DNA from: Candidatus Anstonellales archaeon
GTDB lineage: Archaea; Micrarchaeota; Micrarchaeia; Anstonellales; J096
Length of the DNA stretch: 64,000 nt
Reading direction: 5' to 3'
NCBI GenBank assembly: GCA_038896535.1
Contig: JAWACY010000001.1
Location: 320,001-384,000, forward strand
Positions 27,348 through 37,950 of the stretch are shown one piece after another. Both the position numbers and the translations under genes were made by a program. Position 1 is the stretch's first letter, and every line of letters begins with the position of its first letter. Below the pieces are notes generated by a model that had not been told where the DNA came from, ran no database searches, and saw nothing but the letters and a program-made list of their open reading frames with translations.

Positions 27348-28073
27348 ATTAAAGAGCTTTGCTACTAAGCTGTTTTTTCTTGAAAAATGCTTTAGGATAT
27401 TGAATTTTTTTCTATTGCTTTTTGACCCATCTTTTATTTTATAAATGCTTATTTCATCTTCATTTATTTCTAAAAATCCAATATAAGCATCTATATTGTT
27501 AATTAAATAATGAACAGCCCTTTCTTTGTCATTTTTTGGAAACATGCTGCTAAATGTTTCATAAAATTCATTTATAGCCCCGGCATCTGCTATTGGATAA
27601 GCCAGCATGTATCTTGATTCATCTTTGCTGAATATAAAATATTTTCTCAATGCAGCCATATGCTGTGCTATTTGCTTTAAATATTGATTCAAGCAATAAA
27701 TATCGCCCCTTTTCATTCTCTCTATTCTTGACCTTATATCATAACTGCTTTTTACTTCTATAAAAGTGCCTTTTAACTGGCCGATCTCATTTTTTTCTTC
27801 TAATATCATTATATCTATTATCCCTATATTTCCAGCCCCTCCATTATTATTAGAGTGCAGTGTTAAACAAACTTCCATTGCTGTAATGAATGGCTCCCTC
27901 GATAATATAAAAGGATTTTCATACAAGAAATGCTTTATTAATCTGTGTAAAGGTTTTTCATTTGTATGCTTTATTCCCTGTCCTTGGAATGTTCTTACTT
28001 CTCCATTATTTGCTATTAAACCAGCCCTTTCTCCCTTCCATGTTATTAATAACTCGTTATGATTGCCCTCCAT
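27288..28073 (-). CDS. Hypothetical protein with a PD-(D/E)XK nuclease-like motif
   Basis: E...IIDIMIL...FIEVKSS...Q pattern. Confidence 0.55.
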   Translation of the reverse strand: MEGNHNELLITWKGERAGLIANNGEVRTFQGQGIKHTNEKPLHRLIKHFLYENPFILSREPFITAMEVCLTLHSNNNGGAGNIGIIDIMILEEKNEIGQLKGTFIEVKSSYDIRSRIERMKRGDIYCLNQYLKQIAQHMAALRKYFIFSKDESRYMLAYPIADAGAINEFYETFSSMFPKNDKERAVHYLINNIDAYIGFLEINEDEISIYKIKDGSKSNRKKFNILKHFSRKNSLVAKLFNLFREDPHTPYSIEESSPDL

Positions 28074-28124
28074 TAAAATAATTTAATTAGAAAGGTTTTT
28101 ATATATAATATGTTTAATATTTTT

Positions 28125-28568
28125 ATGCAAGCGAAACTCGTAATTAAATCTGTATTTGAGCATGGCCAGCAAATACCAAAAGAGTATACATGCGAAGGCA
28201 GGAACATAAGCCCAAAACTCATTATACAGGGTTTAGATGAAAAAGTCAAGTCAATTGCAATAATAATGGACGACCCTGATGCGCCTATGGGAACTTTTGT
28301 ACATTGGGTCGTATGGGACTTGCCTCCAGGCAATGTTGAAGAAGGAACAAAAAAAGGCGTTAATGGCATTACGAGTTTTAACAGGCTCGGATATGGGGGG
28401 CCATGTCCACCAAAAGGGCATGGCAAGCATAGGTATTATTTTAAAGTTTATGGACTTGATAAAAAGCTCGGGCTGAAGGAAGGGCTGAGAAAAGAGGAAT
28501 TATTAAAAGCAATGGAGGGACATGTCATTGCATATGGAGAGCTGATGGGAACATATGAAAGAAAATGA
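28125..28568 (+). CDS. YbhB/YbcL family (PEBP/Raf kinase inhibitor-like) protein
   Basis: MDDPDAP..FVHWVVWD and YGGPCPP.GHGKHRYYF motifs. Confidence 0.95.
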   Translation: MQAKLVIKSVFEHGQQIPKEYTCEGRNISPKLIIQGLDEKVKSIAIIMDDPDAPMGTFVHWVVWDLPPGNVEEGTKKGVNGITSFNRLGYGGPCPPKGHGKHRYYFKVYGLDKKLGLKEGLRKEELLKAMEGHVIAYGELMGTYERK

Positions 28569-28959
28569 CATAAAAGGAAAAGACAATGTTATTGCTGTTG
28601 TTGGAGCAAGCAGAGAGCATTATAAGTATGGGTTTAAAGTTTTTTACACATTGCTTGTGAATGGCTTTAATGTTTATCCGGTAAATCCAAATGCTGATTT
28701 TATAGCTGGCAAGAAGTGTTATGCATCAATAAGGGATATTCCAGAAAAGCCAGATATTGTAATAACAGTCACAAAGCCAGAGGTTACTGAAAAAATTATT
28801 GATGATTTAAAAGGAATGAAAATAAAAGTTTTTTGGATGCAGCCAGGGAGTGAAAGCAAAGGAGCAATAGAAAAATGCAAAAAACTGAATATAAATTATA
28901 GTGCAGGAAAATGCTATATAAAGGATGAGCTTAAAATAGATTTTGCTGTGATAGAATGA
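28555..28959 (+). CDS. CoA-binding protein (YccU-like)
   Basis: IAVVGAS, VYPVNP and WMQPGSES motifs. Confidence 0.92.
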   Translation: MKENDIKGKDNVIAVVGASREHYKYGFKVFYTLLVNGFNVYPVNPNADFIAGKKCYASIRDIPEKPDIVITVTKPEVTEKIIDDLKGMKIKVFWMQPGSESKGAIEKCKKLNINYSAGKCYIKDELKIDFAVIE

Positions 28960-29474
28960 AAAAAGCAACATTTGCTGGTGGCTGCTTTTGGTGTATGGAA
29001 TATGCATTTAGCAAAATCCAAGGCATTGTTGATATAAAAGTTGGTTATGCAAATTGTAGAATAAGAAATCCAAATTATGAGAGCGTTAGCAAAGGCAATA
29101 CGGGATGTTATGAAGCAGTGCAAATAACTTATGATGAAAATAAGCTAAGCTATGAAACATTGCTGGATGTTTTCTGGCATAATATAAATCCAGAAGATGA
29201 TGAAGGCCAATTTTCAGATAAGGGGGAGCAATATAGAACTGCTATTTTTTGGCATAGCCAAGAGCAGAGACAAAAAGCAATAGAATCAAAAAATGCACTG
29301 CTCAAAAAAGGAATATTTAATGAAATAAGAACAAAAATCATAAAATTTAAGAATTTCTATATTGCAGAGGATTACCATCAAGCATATTATAGGAAAAATC
29401 CAATAAGGTTTTTTGTTTATGAATCATTATCTGGAAGAAAAGCATTTATTGAGAAAGTTTGGGGCAAGCATTAA
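28956..29474 (+). CDS. msrA: Peptide-methionine (S)-S-oxide reductase
   Basis: FAGGCFWCME, GQFSDKGEQYR and AEDYHQAYY motifs. Confidence 0.96.
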   Translation: MKKATFAGGCFWCMEYAFSKIQGIVDIKVGYANCRIRNPNYESVSKGNTGCYEAVQITYDENKLSYETLLDVFWHNINPEDDEGQFSDKGEQYRTAIFWHSQEQRQKAIESKNALLKKGIFNEIRTKIIKFKNFYIAEDYHQAYYRKNPIRFFVYESLSGRKAFIEKVWGKH

Positions 29475-29485
29475 TTGCTAGCATG

Positions 29486-30547
29486 TTAAGATTTTTTGAA
29501 TGGCTCTAAAATATCATCATAGCTAAGGCCTAATCTTTCTTTATAATTTTTGTTTAAAAGATACCTAGCTATTTCACTTATCTCCTCCCTGCTTTTTTCT
29601 ATCAATGTTCTTTTCCCCATATCTTTTAATAATATTGATTTTGCTAATGAATGTCCATCATTATTATTTATTTCCAATTCTGTTTCTAAGAATAACTTCG
29701 GGTCAGAAAAGGCAAGTTCTGCTAGGTAGCTTCTATATTCCCCAAATATTCCAGTATGCCTATCAAAGATAAGAAAATCAAAAGCATGTTGCAGTTCATG
29801 CTGTAAAATTGGCTCAAATCTAACTTTGCCAGTAGGAAAAATTATTATATTGATATGCCAATCATTTTTAGCAGTTAAGCCCACTTCAATACAATCTTTA
29901 GCTGGGTAAGAGCTAAACATATAAGCAGCCATTATATTTATTGCTCCAAGTTTTTTATACTTATTAAAAAAGCCGACTCTCAGCTTATACTCATATGGTT
30001 GGTTATCATAATAAATGCCAAATTTGAATAAATCTTCATATAGATTAATTTTTCCCATATAATCATTTAAGTCAATAAAATAGTTGTCTAATATTGAATC
30101 AAGTTTATGCTTTTTTCTTAACAAACTTTTATTTTTTGGCTTTAATGCAAGAGAAATATTAATAATGAGGTAATTTAACATTAATTCTTTAATTAGTGAT
30201 AATGCTTTTTCATCTTTAATAATTTTTTTTAATCTTTCTTGAATGACTTCATATAATTTTTTTTCATTGGGTTTAATTTCGTCAAAATTATTAATGTCAA
30301 TATCCTGCCTTTTTGTCATATGCTTAATTGTAGCAAAAAATCTTGATAATAAGTTAATGTCCCCAATATTTCTTAAAAAATAAAAATAAGCCTTAGGCTT
30401 TGATGACCTTTTTATTGTTTCAAGAACTTTTTCTTCTAATTTTTTAAAGGCCCGCCTGCCCCTTTCAGTTTTACTTTGCATTTTAGATAATGGCTTTTTA
30501 TAGAATGATTCATTTACAATGTTATATAGGCTAAGCTTGGCTCGCAT
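29486..30547 (-). CDS. Hypothetical protein with an HExxH zincin-like motif
   Basis: ILQHELQHAFD followed by GEYRSYLAEL. Confidence 0.6.
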   Translation of the reverse strand: MRAKLSLYNIVNESFYKKPLSKMQSKTERGRRAFKKLEEKVLETIKRSSKPKAYFYFLRNIGDINLLSRFFATIKHMTKRQDIDINNFDEIKPNEKKLYEVIQERLKKIIKDEKALSLIKELMLNYLIINISLALKPKNKSLLRKKHKLDSILDNYFIDLNDYMGKINLYEDLFKFGIYYDNQPYEYKLRVGFFNKYKKLGAINIMAAYMFSSYPAKDCIEVGLTAKNDWHINIIIFPTGKVRFEPILQHELQHAFDFLIFDRHTGIFGEYRSYLAELAFSDPKLFLETELEINNNDGHSLAKSILLKDMGKRTLIEKSREEISEIARYLLNKNYKERLGLSYDDILEPFKKS

Positions 30548-31166
30548 ATTTCTCCCCTACCATTTTTTCAAATTCATTTAACTTATGTTTTATTTTTTCA
30601 ATCACTTCAGCATAATGTTTTCTTGGCACTACATTCAAAAGATTTAGAACAATTTTTTCTGCGCATAAGGCCAATATTTCCTCATACACTATTATGGCAA
30701 TTTCTTTTTCTTTTAATTCATTTATATTTTGATCAGTGCCAAGTTTTGAAATTGAAAAATTAAACCTTCCTTTGTTTTTTGCACACCCTATATGAAATGT
30801 TTCATGCATCAATAAAGCAATAAAACTAAAGTCATTTTCAATTACATTATTTATGCCTTGCTTTGTTATTACTATTTCATAAAGATTTTTTCTTTCTGCT
30901 TTTCTTCTTGAATTATTATATACATTAAAATATGACAACTCATTAGTTATTGCATTATTTACATTAATAATATTTGCCTGCCCTGCTATAAGGCCGTAAA
31001 TGCTCATTCCCTCTATAAGAAGATATTTTGCTTTTTTTAGTTCTTTATTTATTGTTTCTTTTATGCTGTCTTCATTAACCCTTATTTTTAACTCTAACTC
31101 TGGCTTGTATTCAAAGTGTTTTTTTATTATGCCCCTTGCTTTTTGCTCAAGTAAAAGCAATTCCAT
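30531..31166 (-). CDS. Hypothetical protein with an HExxH zincin-like motif
   Basis: LLMHETFHIG followed by YEEILA. Confidence 0.6.
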   Translation of the reverse strand: MELLLLEQKARGIIKKHFEYKPELELKIRVNEDSIKETINKELKKAKYLLIEGMSIYGLIAGQANIINVNNAITNELSYFNVYNNSRRKAERKNLYEIVITKQGINNVIENDFSFIALLMHETFHIGCAKNKGRFNFSISKLGTDQNINELKEKEIAIIVYEEILALCAEKIVLNLLNVVPRKHYAEVIEKIKHKLNEFEKMVGEKYASQA

Positions 31167-31227
31167 TTTCCCAATCCCAGAATTATTCTTATCATGCCTT
31201 TTTTAAATTTATCTATGTTTATAAATT

Positions 31228-32730
31228 ATGCTTGTTTTTAATCATTGGGCTTACAAAATCGCTGAAAAGATAATGAGAGAAAAGCCAGATGGAAAAATAG
31301 TCATAACATCTGGCATAACAACTTCTGGCCCTGCACATTTAGGCACTGTAATAGAAGGGCTTATGCCAAATACAATAAAAAAAGTGCTTTTAGAATACAA
31401 AAGAGATGTGGATTTCTATTTTATTGCTGACATAATGGATGCTTTTGATTCTGTGCCAAGAGATTTGATGCAATTTAAAGAATTTCTTGAACCACATTTA
31501 GGAAAACCGCTTGCCTTTGTGCCTGATCCATTTTCATGCCATGATAGCTATGCAGAGCATTTTTTACAAGAAGCACTTTATGTATTTAATGCCTTTGGCA
31601 TAAATCCAATTGTTAAAAGGGCGCATGAGTTATACAAGCAAGGAGCATTTGAGAAACAAACTATAATATTAATTAACAATTTTGAGCGCGTTAAAGAGAT
31701 TGTTGAAAAAACATCTGGCAGAACATTGGGCAAGGATTGGCATGTTATCATGCCAGTATGCGAAAAATGTGGAAAAATAGCTACAACGACAATAACCAAA
31801 TGGGATAAAGAAGGAAATTATGAATACATATGTAATAAAGATGTTGGCTATACAAAAGGCTGTAATTATGAAGGCAAAAGTAATATAAAATATGGAAATT
31901 ATAAATTACAATGGCGTTTGCACTGGCCTAGTTGGCACTATTATTTTAATACAACAGCAGAAGGGGGCGGGCTCGATCATTTTACAAAAGGCGGGAGTTG
32001 GGATACAGCAAAAGAAATACATAAAGAAATTTTTAAGAGGAAGGAACCAATTGGTTATAGATGGGGATTTATTCTAGAGCATGGAAGAAAAATGAGCAAG
32101 AGCAAAGGCGTTATATTATCTGCATTGGAATTAATAAAGTTACTTCCACCAAAGATTATTGCCTATCATATACTAAAATATGATTTAGAAGAAAATATGA
32201 ATTTTAATCCAGAAAAGGAAAGCATTCTTAATATCATTGAGGATTATGAAAATGCTTCTCAAATTACTGATAGAAGCACAAGGGCATTAGAGAAAAAGGC
32301 AGCTGCATATTATTTAAGTAATCTCGGTTTTAAGGACTGGCAGGGCAATTTTAGAGATTATTTACTTTATTACAGCATTTATAGGGATTGGGATAAAGTA
32401 AAAATACATCTGCCATATGATGCTGATAAAATAAAGGGTTATATATCATATTGGTTTGATAAGGATTTTGTTCCAGAAGATTATAATTTTTCTTATAAAC
32501 CAGAAAAGGCAAAAGGCAATGTGAGGGTATTTATTGAATCATTAAAAAATGATATGGATGCATTAGCAATTCATAATGCTGTTTATGATTTTTGTAAAAT
32601 GCACAATATTAATGCATCAGAATTTTTTGCTGAAATATATAAAACGCTTATTGGAAAAAACAAAGGCCCAAGATTAGGAAAATTAATATATGCTTTAGGC
32701 GTTGATAGGGTTAAGAGAGATGTTCTTTAA
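31228..32730 (+). CDS. lysS: Lysine--tRNA ligase, class I
   Basis: SGITTSGPAHLG, CEKCG, KLQWRLHWP, KMSKSKG and KGPRLG motifs. Confidence 0.96.
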   Translation: MLVFNHWAYKIAEKIMREKPDGKIVITSGITTSGPAHLGTVIEGLMPNTIKKVLLEYKRDVDFYFIADIMDAFDSVPRDLMQFKEFLEPHLGKPLAFVPDPFSCHDSYAEHFLQEALYVFNAFGINPIVKRAHELYKQGAFEKQTIILINNFERVKEIVEKTSGRTLGKDWHVIMPVCEKCGKIATTTITKWDKEGNYEYICNKDVGYTKGCNYEGKSNIKYGNYKLQWRLHWPSWHYYFNTTAEGGGLDHFTKGGSWDTAKEIHKEIFKRKEPIGYRWGFILEHGRKMSKSKGVILSALELIKLLPPKIIAYHILKYDLEENMNFNPEKESILNIIEDYENASQITDRSTRALEKKAAAYYLSNLGFKDWQGNFRDYLLYYSIYRDWDKVKIHLPYDADKIKGYISYWFDKDFVPEDYNFSYKPEKAKGNVRVFIESLKNDMDALAIHNAVYDFCKMHNINASEFFAEIYKTLIGKNKGPRLGKLIYALGVDRVKRDVL

Positions 32731-32857
32731 TATATTTGCTTTTTTATTTTAATATATTGCTTTTATATTTTTTAGAAATGTACTTTGATTTTCTTTTATT
32801 AACACAACTCCATCAAATCAGCAACATTTTTAAATATTTTGCTCAACTTAATTAAAT

Positions 32858-34102
32858 ATGAAATTAAAAAGAATGATATATGCAACTTTACTAGGCTCTT
32901 CTTTATTAGTGTCTCCAACAGTTAAAAATACAATTAAAGATAACGAACCCTTTAAATCAAAAGAACCTTTAATATCAATTGTAGAAGAAGTCAATGCTGG
33001 GGCTGATTATACAAACGCAAAATATTGGGGAGTAACTGTATGGGAAAAATTGCTGTTAAATGAAAATTGGTTTAAACAAATAAAAGCACAGACAAAATAT
33101 ATTGATGTAGATGAAATGAGAAGGAGAAGGAATAATGATTTATCATCACCAAAATTAAATTTAGAAGATTTAGCATATGCATATGCTCATCTTGATAAGC
33201 CACAATTTAGAGACTTGTTAAAAGTTAAGGAAATTAATATGCATGTTGATCCTTGGCCTTATGTTTTTGAAGTTTATAAAGACGGCAGTATAGGAAGAGG
33301 GCCAACAGCTTATATTTTAGAGCACATGTATTTGTTTCCGAATGATTATAAACTTTTGAAGCTATGGGAGTTATATGGTGACGTAACTTTTGATATACTT
33401 GAAAAGGCATCTATATTAAAAAAGTATACTGAAATTACTATGATGGTATTAAGAGAAGAGTGGCCAGAATTTTTATTAGAAAATTTTAAATATCCAGTAA
33501 CAAGAATTATTGAGCAAAGACGATTCCCCCATAAAGGGTTTTTGATCGTTACTAAAGAACCACCAACTATAACTGCATTTCATGATTTTTATGATAATGA
33601 GCTTAATACTGATGGAAAAAAATATATCAGCTTATATTATTCAACTGGAAAAGAGTTAAAGTATATTACAGGTTATACTGACCACGATTATTTAAATAGT
33701 AATGAAGTTACAGTACATATGGCAACATTAAAAGATAAAGATGGAAAAGATATTGAAGTAATGGTTACTGTTGACCCACAACAGATAAACTTTGTTGTTG
33801 TAAGAGATAATGGGAATTTGCTTATGGAAAAATGGGTACGCCATGACTTAAAAGGAGCTGAAGGTGATATAAGGAAATTTAAACTTGGTATAGAGAATCC
33901 AAAATCATATGAAACGGCAATATTTTATCATCAACAAGATGGCAGAGATGGAGTAGGAGTATTACTTTACAATAAAACCAAAAATGATGCTTACATAGCC
34001 TTTTTTATGCCAGATTATTCTTATGGTCTTGGCTATGCCACAAATGTTGTTATAGATAATAATAGCACAAAAGATTGTGATGGAGTAAATAAGCTAAATT
34101 AA
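32858..34102 (+). CDS. Hypothetical secreted protein
   Basis: 414-aa ORF with a basic then hydrophobic N-terminus; no recognised domain. Confidence 0.65.
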   Translation: MKLKRMIYATLLGSSLLVSPTVKNTIKDNEPFKSKEPLISIVEEVNAGADYTNAKYWGVTVWEKLLLNENWFKQIKAQTKYIDVDEMRRRRNNDLSSPKLNLEDLAYAYAHLDKPQFRDLLKVKEINMHVDPWPYVFEVYKDGSIGRGPTAYILEHMYLFPNDYKLLKLWELYGDVTFDILEKASILKKYTEITMMVLREEWPEFLLENFKYPVTRIIEQRRFPHKGFLIVTKEPPTITAFHDFYDNELNTDGKKYISLYYSTGKELKYITGYTDHDYLNSNEVTVHMATLKDKDGKDIEVMVTVDPQQINFVVVRDNGNLLMEKWVRHDLKGAEGDIRKFKLGIENPKSYETAIFYHQQDGRDGVGVLLYNKTKNDAYIAFFMPDYSYGLGYATNVVIDNNSTKDCDGVNKLN

Positions 34103-34139
34103 ACGCACAATTTATAATATTTTCTTTTTATAATAAATT

Positions 34140-35525
34140 ATGGTTAGCTTTGGATCAAACCAGAAAGAAAACAACCAAACAAAAACAAAAACCCAAATAT
34201 TGGGTAAAATAATAAGTGAACTAGAAAATTTGCAATCGCCTAATATAAGAATAAGAGCATTAGAAAAATTAAAGGAAGTTATTGAAGAGCTGAAAAGTAA
34301 AATTAATAATGGTACATTAGATGAGAAAACTCTTGTAGATAAATTGAAAGAAAAATTCGGTAATTTTGATGAGAGGAGGATTAAAACTTTAATTGGTAAA
34401 ATTATTGGTTTTGTAACTGGCCAAAATTCAGCACAGGATTTAGTTAATGAAATAAATAGTGGCATTGTTGTGTTACAAGCCGCACTTGCACTCAAAGAAA
34501 ATGAACAAACAAAAAATTCACAAACACAGATACAAACAGTAGCCAGTTTTGCTTATATTGAATACTTGTTAAAAAATACTAGTGCTGCTCATGTTAGTTT
34601 TGCTGCTGTAATAGATGGGTTTTTTAAGGCGCAGACTTTTCAAGACTTTAATGGAAAATTGAGCTTAAATAATAATGATGTTGCAAAGAGAATATTCGAT
34701 GCCCTAAGTTATGCCTTTGCTACTAAAGAAGAAAGAAAAGAGCCTAAATTTAACGGAATAAGAACAAATATAGAAAATTGGAAGAAAGAAAATGCCGTAA
34801 GTTTGGAATTTTTGGACAACTATTTTAAATTTATTCTTGTTACAATTTCTGCCAGTAATGAAGCGGCGCGCCCCTTTAGAAGAGCAGCAGCTGAAGAAGC
34901 CAAAAAGGATGGAACTCAAAAACTAGCCACAGAACTACATCAGTCATTAGTTTATCTTAAAAGGGAAGGCTATTTAAGCGATGATGAATATGTAAGAGCT
35001 ACTCAAGAAATTGCTAATATAACAGGTTTTTACTCATTGGGGGCTCAGTTTTTGGCTCAAGAAGGTTTTTATAAAGAAGCAAGAGAGCTTTTGCTTTTAG
35101 GCGAGTATGTAAATAAGTTGGATCAATCATTTTTAAATGTTAAAGAACTGATTGATGAACTGATTGATGAAATTAATAAATTGGTTGATGCTAAAACAGA
35201 AGAAGAAAAGAAAAAAAGAGAAGAAATAATTGAAGCAGTTACCAATGAAATAAATGGAGCCGGGGAGTTAGCAAAAATGATTGTTGCTGAAATGAAGAAA
35301 TTAAATTTTGAGGAAGATGAAGGAGAGGAATTTAGAAGAAAAATAGAAGAAGAGCTGAAGGAAATAATAAAAAAGCTGGATGAGAGAATTAAAGAAGTTG
35401 AAGAAAAAACAAACGAGCTTAAAGATGGAAGTATAAAAGGAAAATTAAATCTGGCAATTGAAAAAGCGCTTGAAAATATTGAAAATATTAGAAAAGAACA
35501 TATAGGAGATAGGAGATTAGTTTAA
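34140..35525 (+). CDS. Hypothetical helical/coiled-coil protein
   Basis: 461-aa ORF with an E/K-rich C-terminus; TATA about 20 nt upstream. Confidence 0.7.
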   Translation: MVSFGSNQKENNQTKTKTQILGKIISELENLQSPNIRIRALEKLKEVIEELKSKINNGTLDEKTLVDKLKEKFGNFDERRIKTLIGKIIGFVTGQNSAQDLVNEINSGIVVLQAALALKENEQTKNSQTQIQTVASFAYIEYLLKNTSAAHVSFAAVIDGFFKAQTFQDFNGKLSLNNNDVAKRIFDALSYAFATKEERKEPKFNGIRTNIENWKKENAVSLEFLDNYFKFILVTISASNEAARPFRRAAAEEAKKDGTQKLATELHQSLVYLKREGYLSDDEYVRATQEIANITGFYSLGAQFLAQEGFYKEARELLLLGEYVNKLDQSFLNVKELIDELIDEINKLVDAKTEEEKKKREEIIEAVTNEINGAGELAKMIVAEMKKLNFEEDEGEEFRRKIEEELKEIIKKLDERIKEVEEKTNELKDGSIKGKLNLAIEKALENIENIRKEHIGDRRLV

Positions 35526-35534
35526 CATTTTTAT

Positions 35535-35864
35535 GTGCTGGTAGAAATGAACAGTATAAAGCATTTTTTCATATCTCATAAAAAAACAAAAGAAATGCTT
35601 GAGTTTGCTGGTAAAATAGGCGATATTGATAGTATTGGGTTTCTAAAAGTTGATGAAAAAAATGTTGGGCATTTAACAAAGCATTTTAGCAATTTCCCTT
35701 ATTTTGTTGTTTTTGTTAGCTCATTAAAACAGCCTTGCTGTACAATAACAAGAGCAATAAAAATGAAAAGAGAAATTGAAAAAAACATCGGCAATAAGAT
35801 TTTTTATTCTACATTTGCTACACATGCCTTAGATGAAAACGATTATATTGTATATTGTTTTTAA
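35535..35864 (+). CDS. Hypothetical protein
   Basis: 109-aa ORF filling the gap between co-oriented genes. Confidence 0.5.
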   Translation: MLVEMNSIKHFFISHKKTKEMLEFAGKIGDIDSIGFLKVDEKNVGHLTKHFSNFPYFVVFVSSLKQPCCTITRAIKMKREIEKNIGNKIFYSTFATHALDENDYIVYCF

Positions 35865-35888
35865 AATTATTCTAAAAAACATCTTATT

Positions 35889-37139
35889 ATGTATAGAACA
35901 CATTTTATAGAAGAAGCAAAAAAACAATTAGAGAAGGAAGTCATACTTTGCGGTTGGGCAGAGCATATAAGAGATTTAGGTAAGGTTGTATTTGTAATAT
36001 TAAGGGATTATACAGGAAGGATACAATGCGTTATAAAAGACAGGAGCTTAATTAATGCACAAATAAATAGGGAGGATGTAATAAAAGTTAGGGGCATTGT
36101 GAAACCTGTGCAAAATGCTCCATATGGGGGAATAGAAATAGCAGTTAATGAAATAGCAATAATAAATTCTGTTAAAAAAACATTGCCAATAGACCCCACA
36201 GAAAAGGTTAAGTCAGAATTAGAAACTAGATTAAATTATAGGTTTATTGATTTGAGGAAGGATGAAGTAAAAAATATTTTTATTGCAAAGAGCATAGCAG
36301 CACAAACATTTACAAAAATATTGAGCAAAAAACGTTTTATACAGATACAGCCGCCTTCAATAATAGGGGCAGCAAGTGAAGGCGGAGCAGAAGTTTTTGA
36401 AGTGCAGTATTTTGAGAAAAAGGCTTATCTTGCGCAGAGCCCTCAATTGTATAAACAGCTAGCAGTCATTGGAGGCCTTGAAAGAGTTATGATGATAGCA
36501 ACTGTTTTTAGAGCAGAAAAGCACCACACTACATATCACTTAAATGAGATAACATCGATGGATGTAGAAGCAGCATTTTTTGATCATAAAGATATGATGG
36601 CCTTGCTTTCAGATGTTTTTTATGCAATGCTAAAGGAGATGAAAAAAATAAATAGCAATATTAAGTTAGTAAAGCCAATAAAAGTAGAATACAAAAAGGC
36701 AATAAATAAATTGATTTCAGAAGGGTTTGATATTGAATATGGAGATGATTTAAACAGAGAAGCAGAGCAGAAATTATGTGAGATTTTTGGCGATGCTGTT
36801 TTAATACACAGCTGGCCTACAAAAATAAGAGCATTTTATTCTATGCCATATGAGGACAATCCAGATTTATGTAAGAGTTTTGACCTTCTTTATAAAGGAT
36901 TGGAAATAACAAGCGGAGCACAAAGAATACATGATGCAGATATGCTGAAAGAACAAATTAGAAATAAGGGGTTAAATATAAATGACTTTCAGCACTATAT
37001 AGAAGCATTTTACTATGGAGCGCCCCCGCATGCTGGATTTGGGCTAGGCCTTGAAAGATTTATCATGAAAGCACTTGACATAAATAATATAAGAGAAGTT
37101 ATGTTATTCCCGAGAGATAGGACAAGGCTTATGCCATAA
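35889..37139 (+). CDS. aspS: Aspartate--tRNA ligase, archaeal type (possibly non-discriminating)
   Basis: MYRTH, IRDLG, YLAQSPQLYKQ, FRAE, EITSGAQRIH and PPHAGFGLGLER motifs. Confidence 0.95.
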   Translation: MYRTHFIEEAKKQLEKEVILCGWAEHIRDLGKVVFVILRDYTGRIQCVIKDRSLINAQINREDVIKVRGIVKPVQNAPYGGIEIAVNEIAIINSVKKTLPIDPTEKVKSELETRLNYRFIDLRKDEVKNIFIAKSIAAQTFTKILSKKRFIQIQPPSIIGAASEGGAEVFEVQYFEKKAYLAQSPQLYKQLAVIGGLERVMMIATVFRAEKHHTTYHLNEITSMDVEAAFFDHKDMMALLSDVFYAMLKEMKKINSNIKLVKPIKVEYKKAINKLISEGFDIEYGDDLNREAEQKLCEIFGDAVLIHSWPTKIRAFYSMPYEDNPDLCKSFDLLYKGLEITSGAQRIHDADMLKEQIRNKGLNINDFQHYIEAFYYGAPPHAGFGLGLERFIMKALDINNIREVMLFPRDRTRLMP

Positions 37140-37193
37140 TCTGATGTTATAAAAATGATCGGTTTTTAAACCTTTCTACACACTATTTATAAC

Positions 37194-37769
37194 ATGGCAA
37201 ACGAAAATGAGGGTGAAGGAATTATTAATGAGAATGAATATAGCAGATTAAAATTTGGCGCCGAATTTGATGAATTAAAAAACGAGCTAATTGGAAAGCT
37301 AGAGGGCCTTAAAAAAGAAATAGAAAACAAAGAAGAAGAAAAAGGAGATGGTAGGGCGGATATTATAGCATATTTAAATTCAATAAAAGATGGAGTTTAT
37401 AGAGTTACGCTTGATCTTGATAAAGATAAACTACACGAAGATCAAGAAGAGAAAGCAAAACTGGAACTTTTTATTTTATTAAATGAGGCACTTGATGAAT
37501 TAAAGGCAGAATTAAATGAACAAAATGTTTTTAGCAAAGAAGCATTAGAAAAAAAGGTTGGGGAAAAATTAAATGAAAGACAAGAAAGTGAAGTTAAAGG
37601 GCATTTAGAAAAAATGCTTAAAGAAATTGGTTTGATAAAAGGACAGGAAGAGAATTTAGTTAAAACAAATATGCCATCTCTTAGTAATGGAGGAAATCAG
37701 TCACTTAATGCTGAAGGAGAGGGAATAAATAATATGCTGGCAGTGCAGGGAATGATGAACAATATATAG
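37194..37769 (+). CDS. Acidic hypothetical protein (probably the 5' part of a split gene)
   Basis: 191-aa E/K-rich ORF; coding-like sequence continues in the -1 frame to 37951. Confidence 0.55.
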   Translation: MANENEGEGIINENEYSRLKFGAEFDELKNELIGKLEGLKKEIENKEEEKGDGRADIIAYLNSIKDGVYRVTLDLDKDKLHEDQEEKAKLELFILLNEALDELKAELNEQNVFSKEALEKKVGEKLNERQESEVKGHLEKMLKEIGLIKGQEENLVKTNMPSLSNGGNQSLNAEGEGINNMLAVQGMMNNI

Positions 37770-37950
37770 ATATAAATGCATTAGCTGTTGCCTTTGCTGA
37801 TTTGCTTGTTGCAAAAGAGAGAATGATAAGAAGTAAGCATGATAAACATGTTATACAAAGTTCTGGCCAAATAATTAATAAGGTAAAATCTGCTTTGGCC
37901 AGTATGGAAGATGAAAAGAAAAAGGGTTTTTCAATTATGTTAGGTTATTA

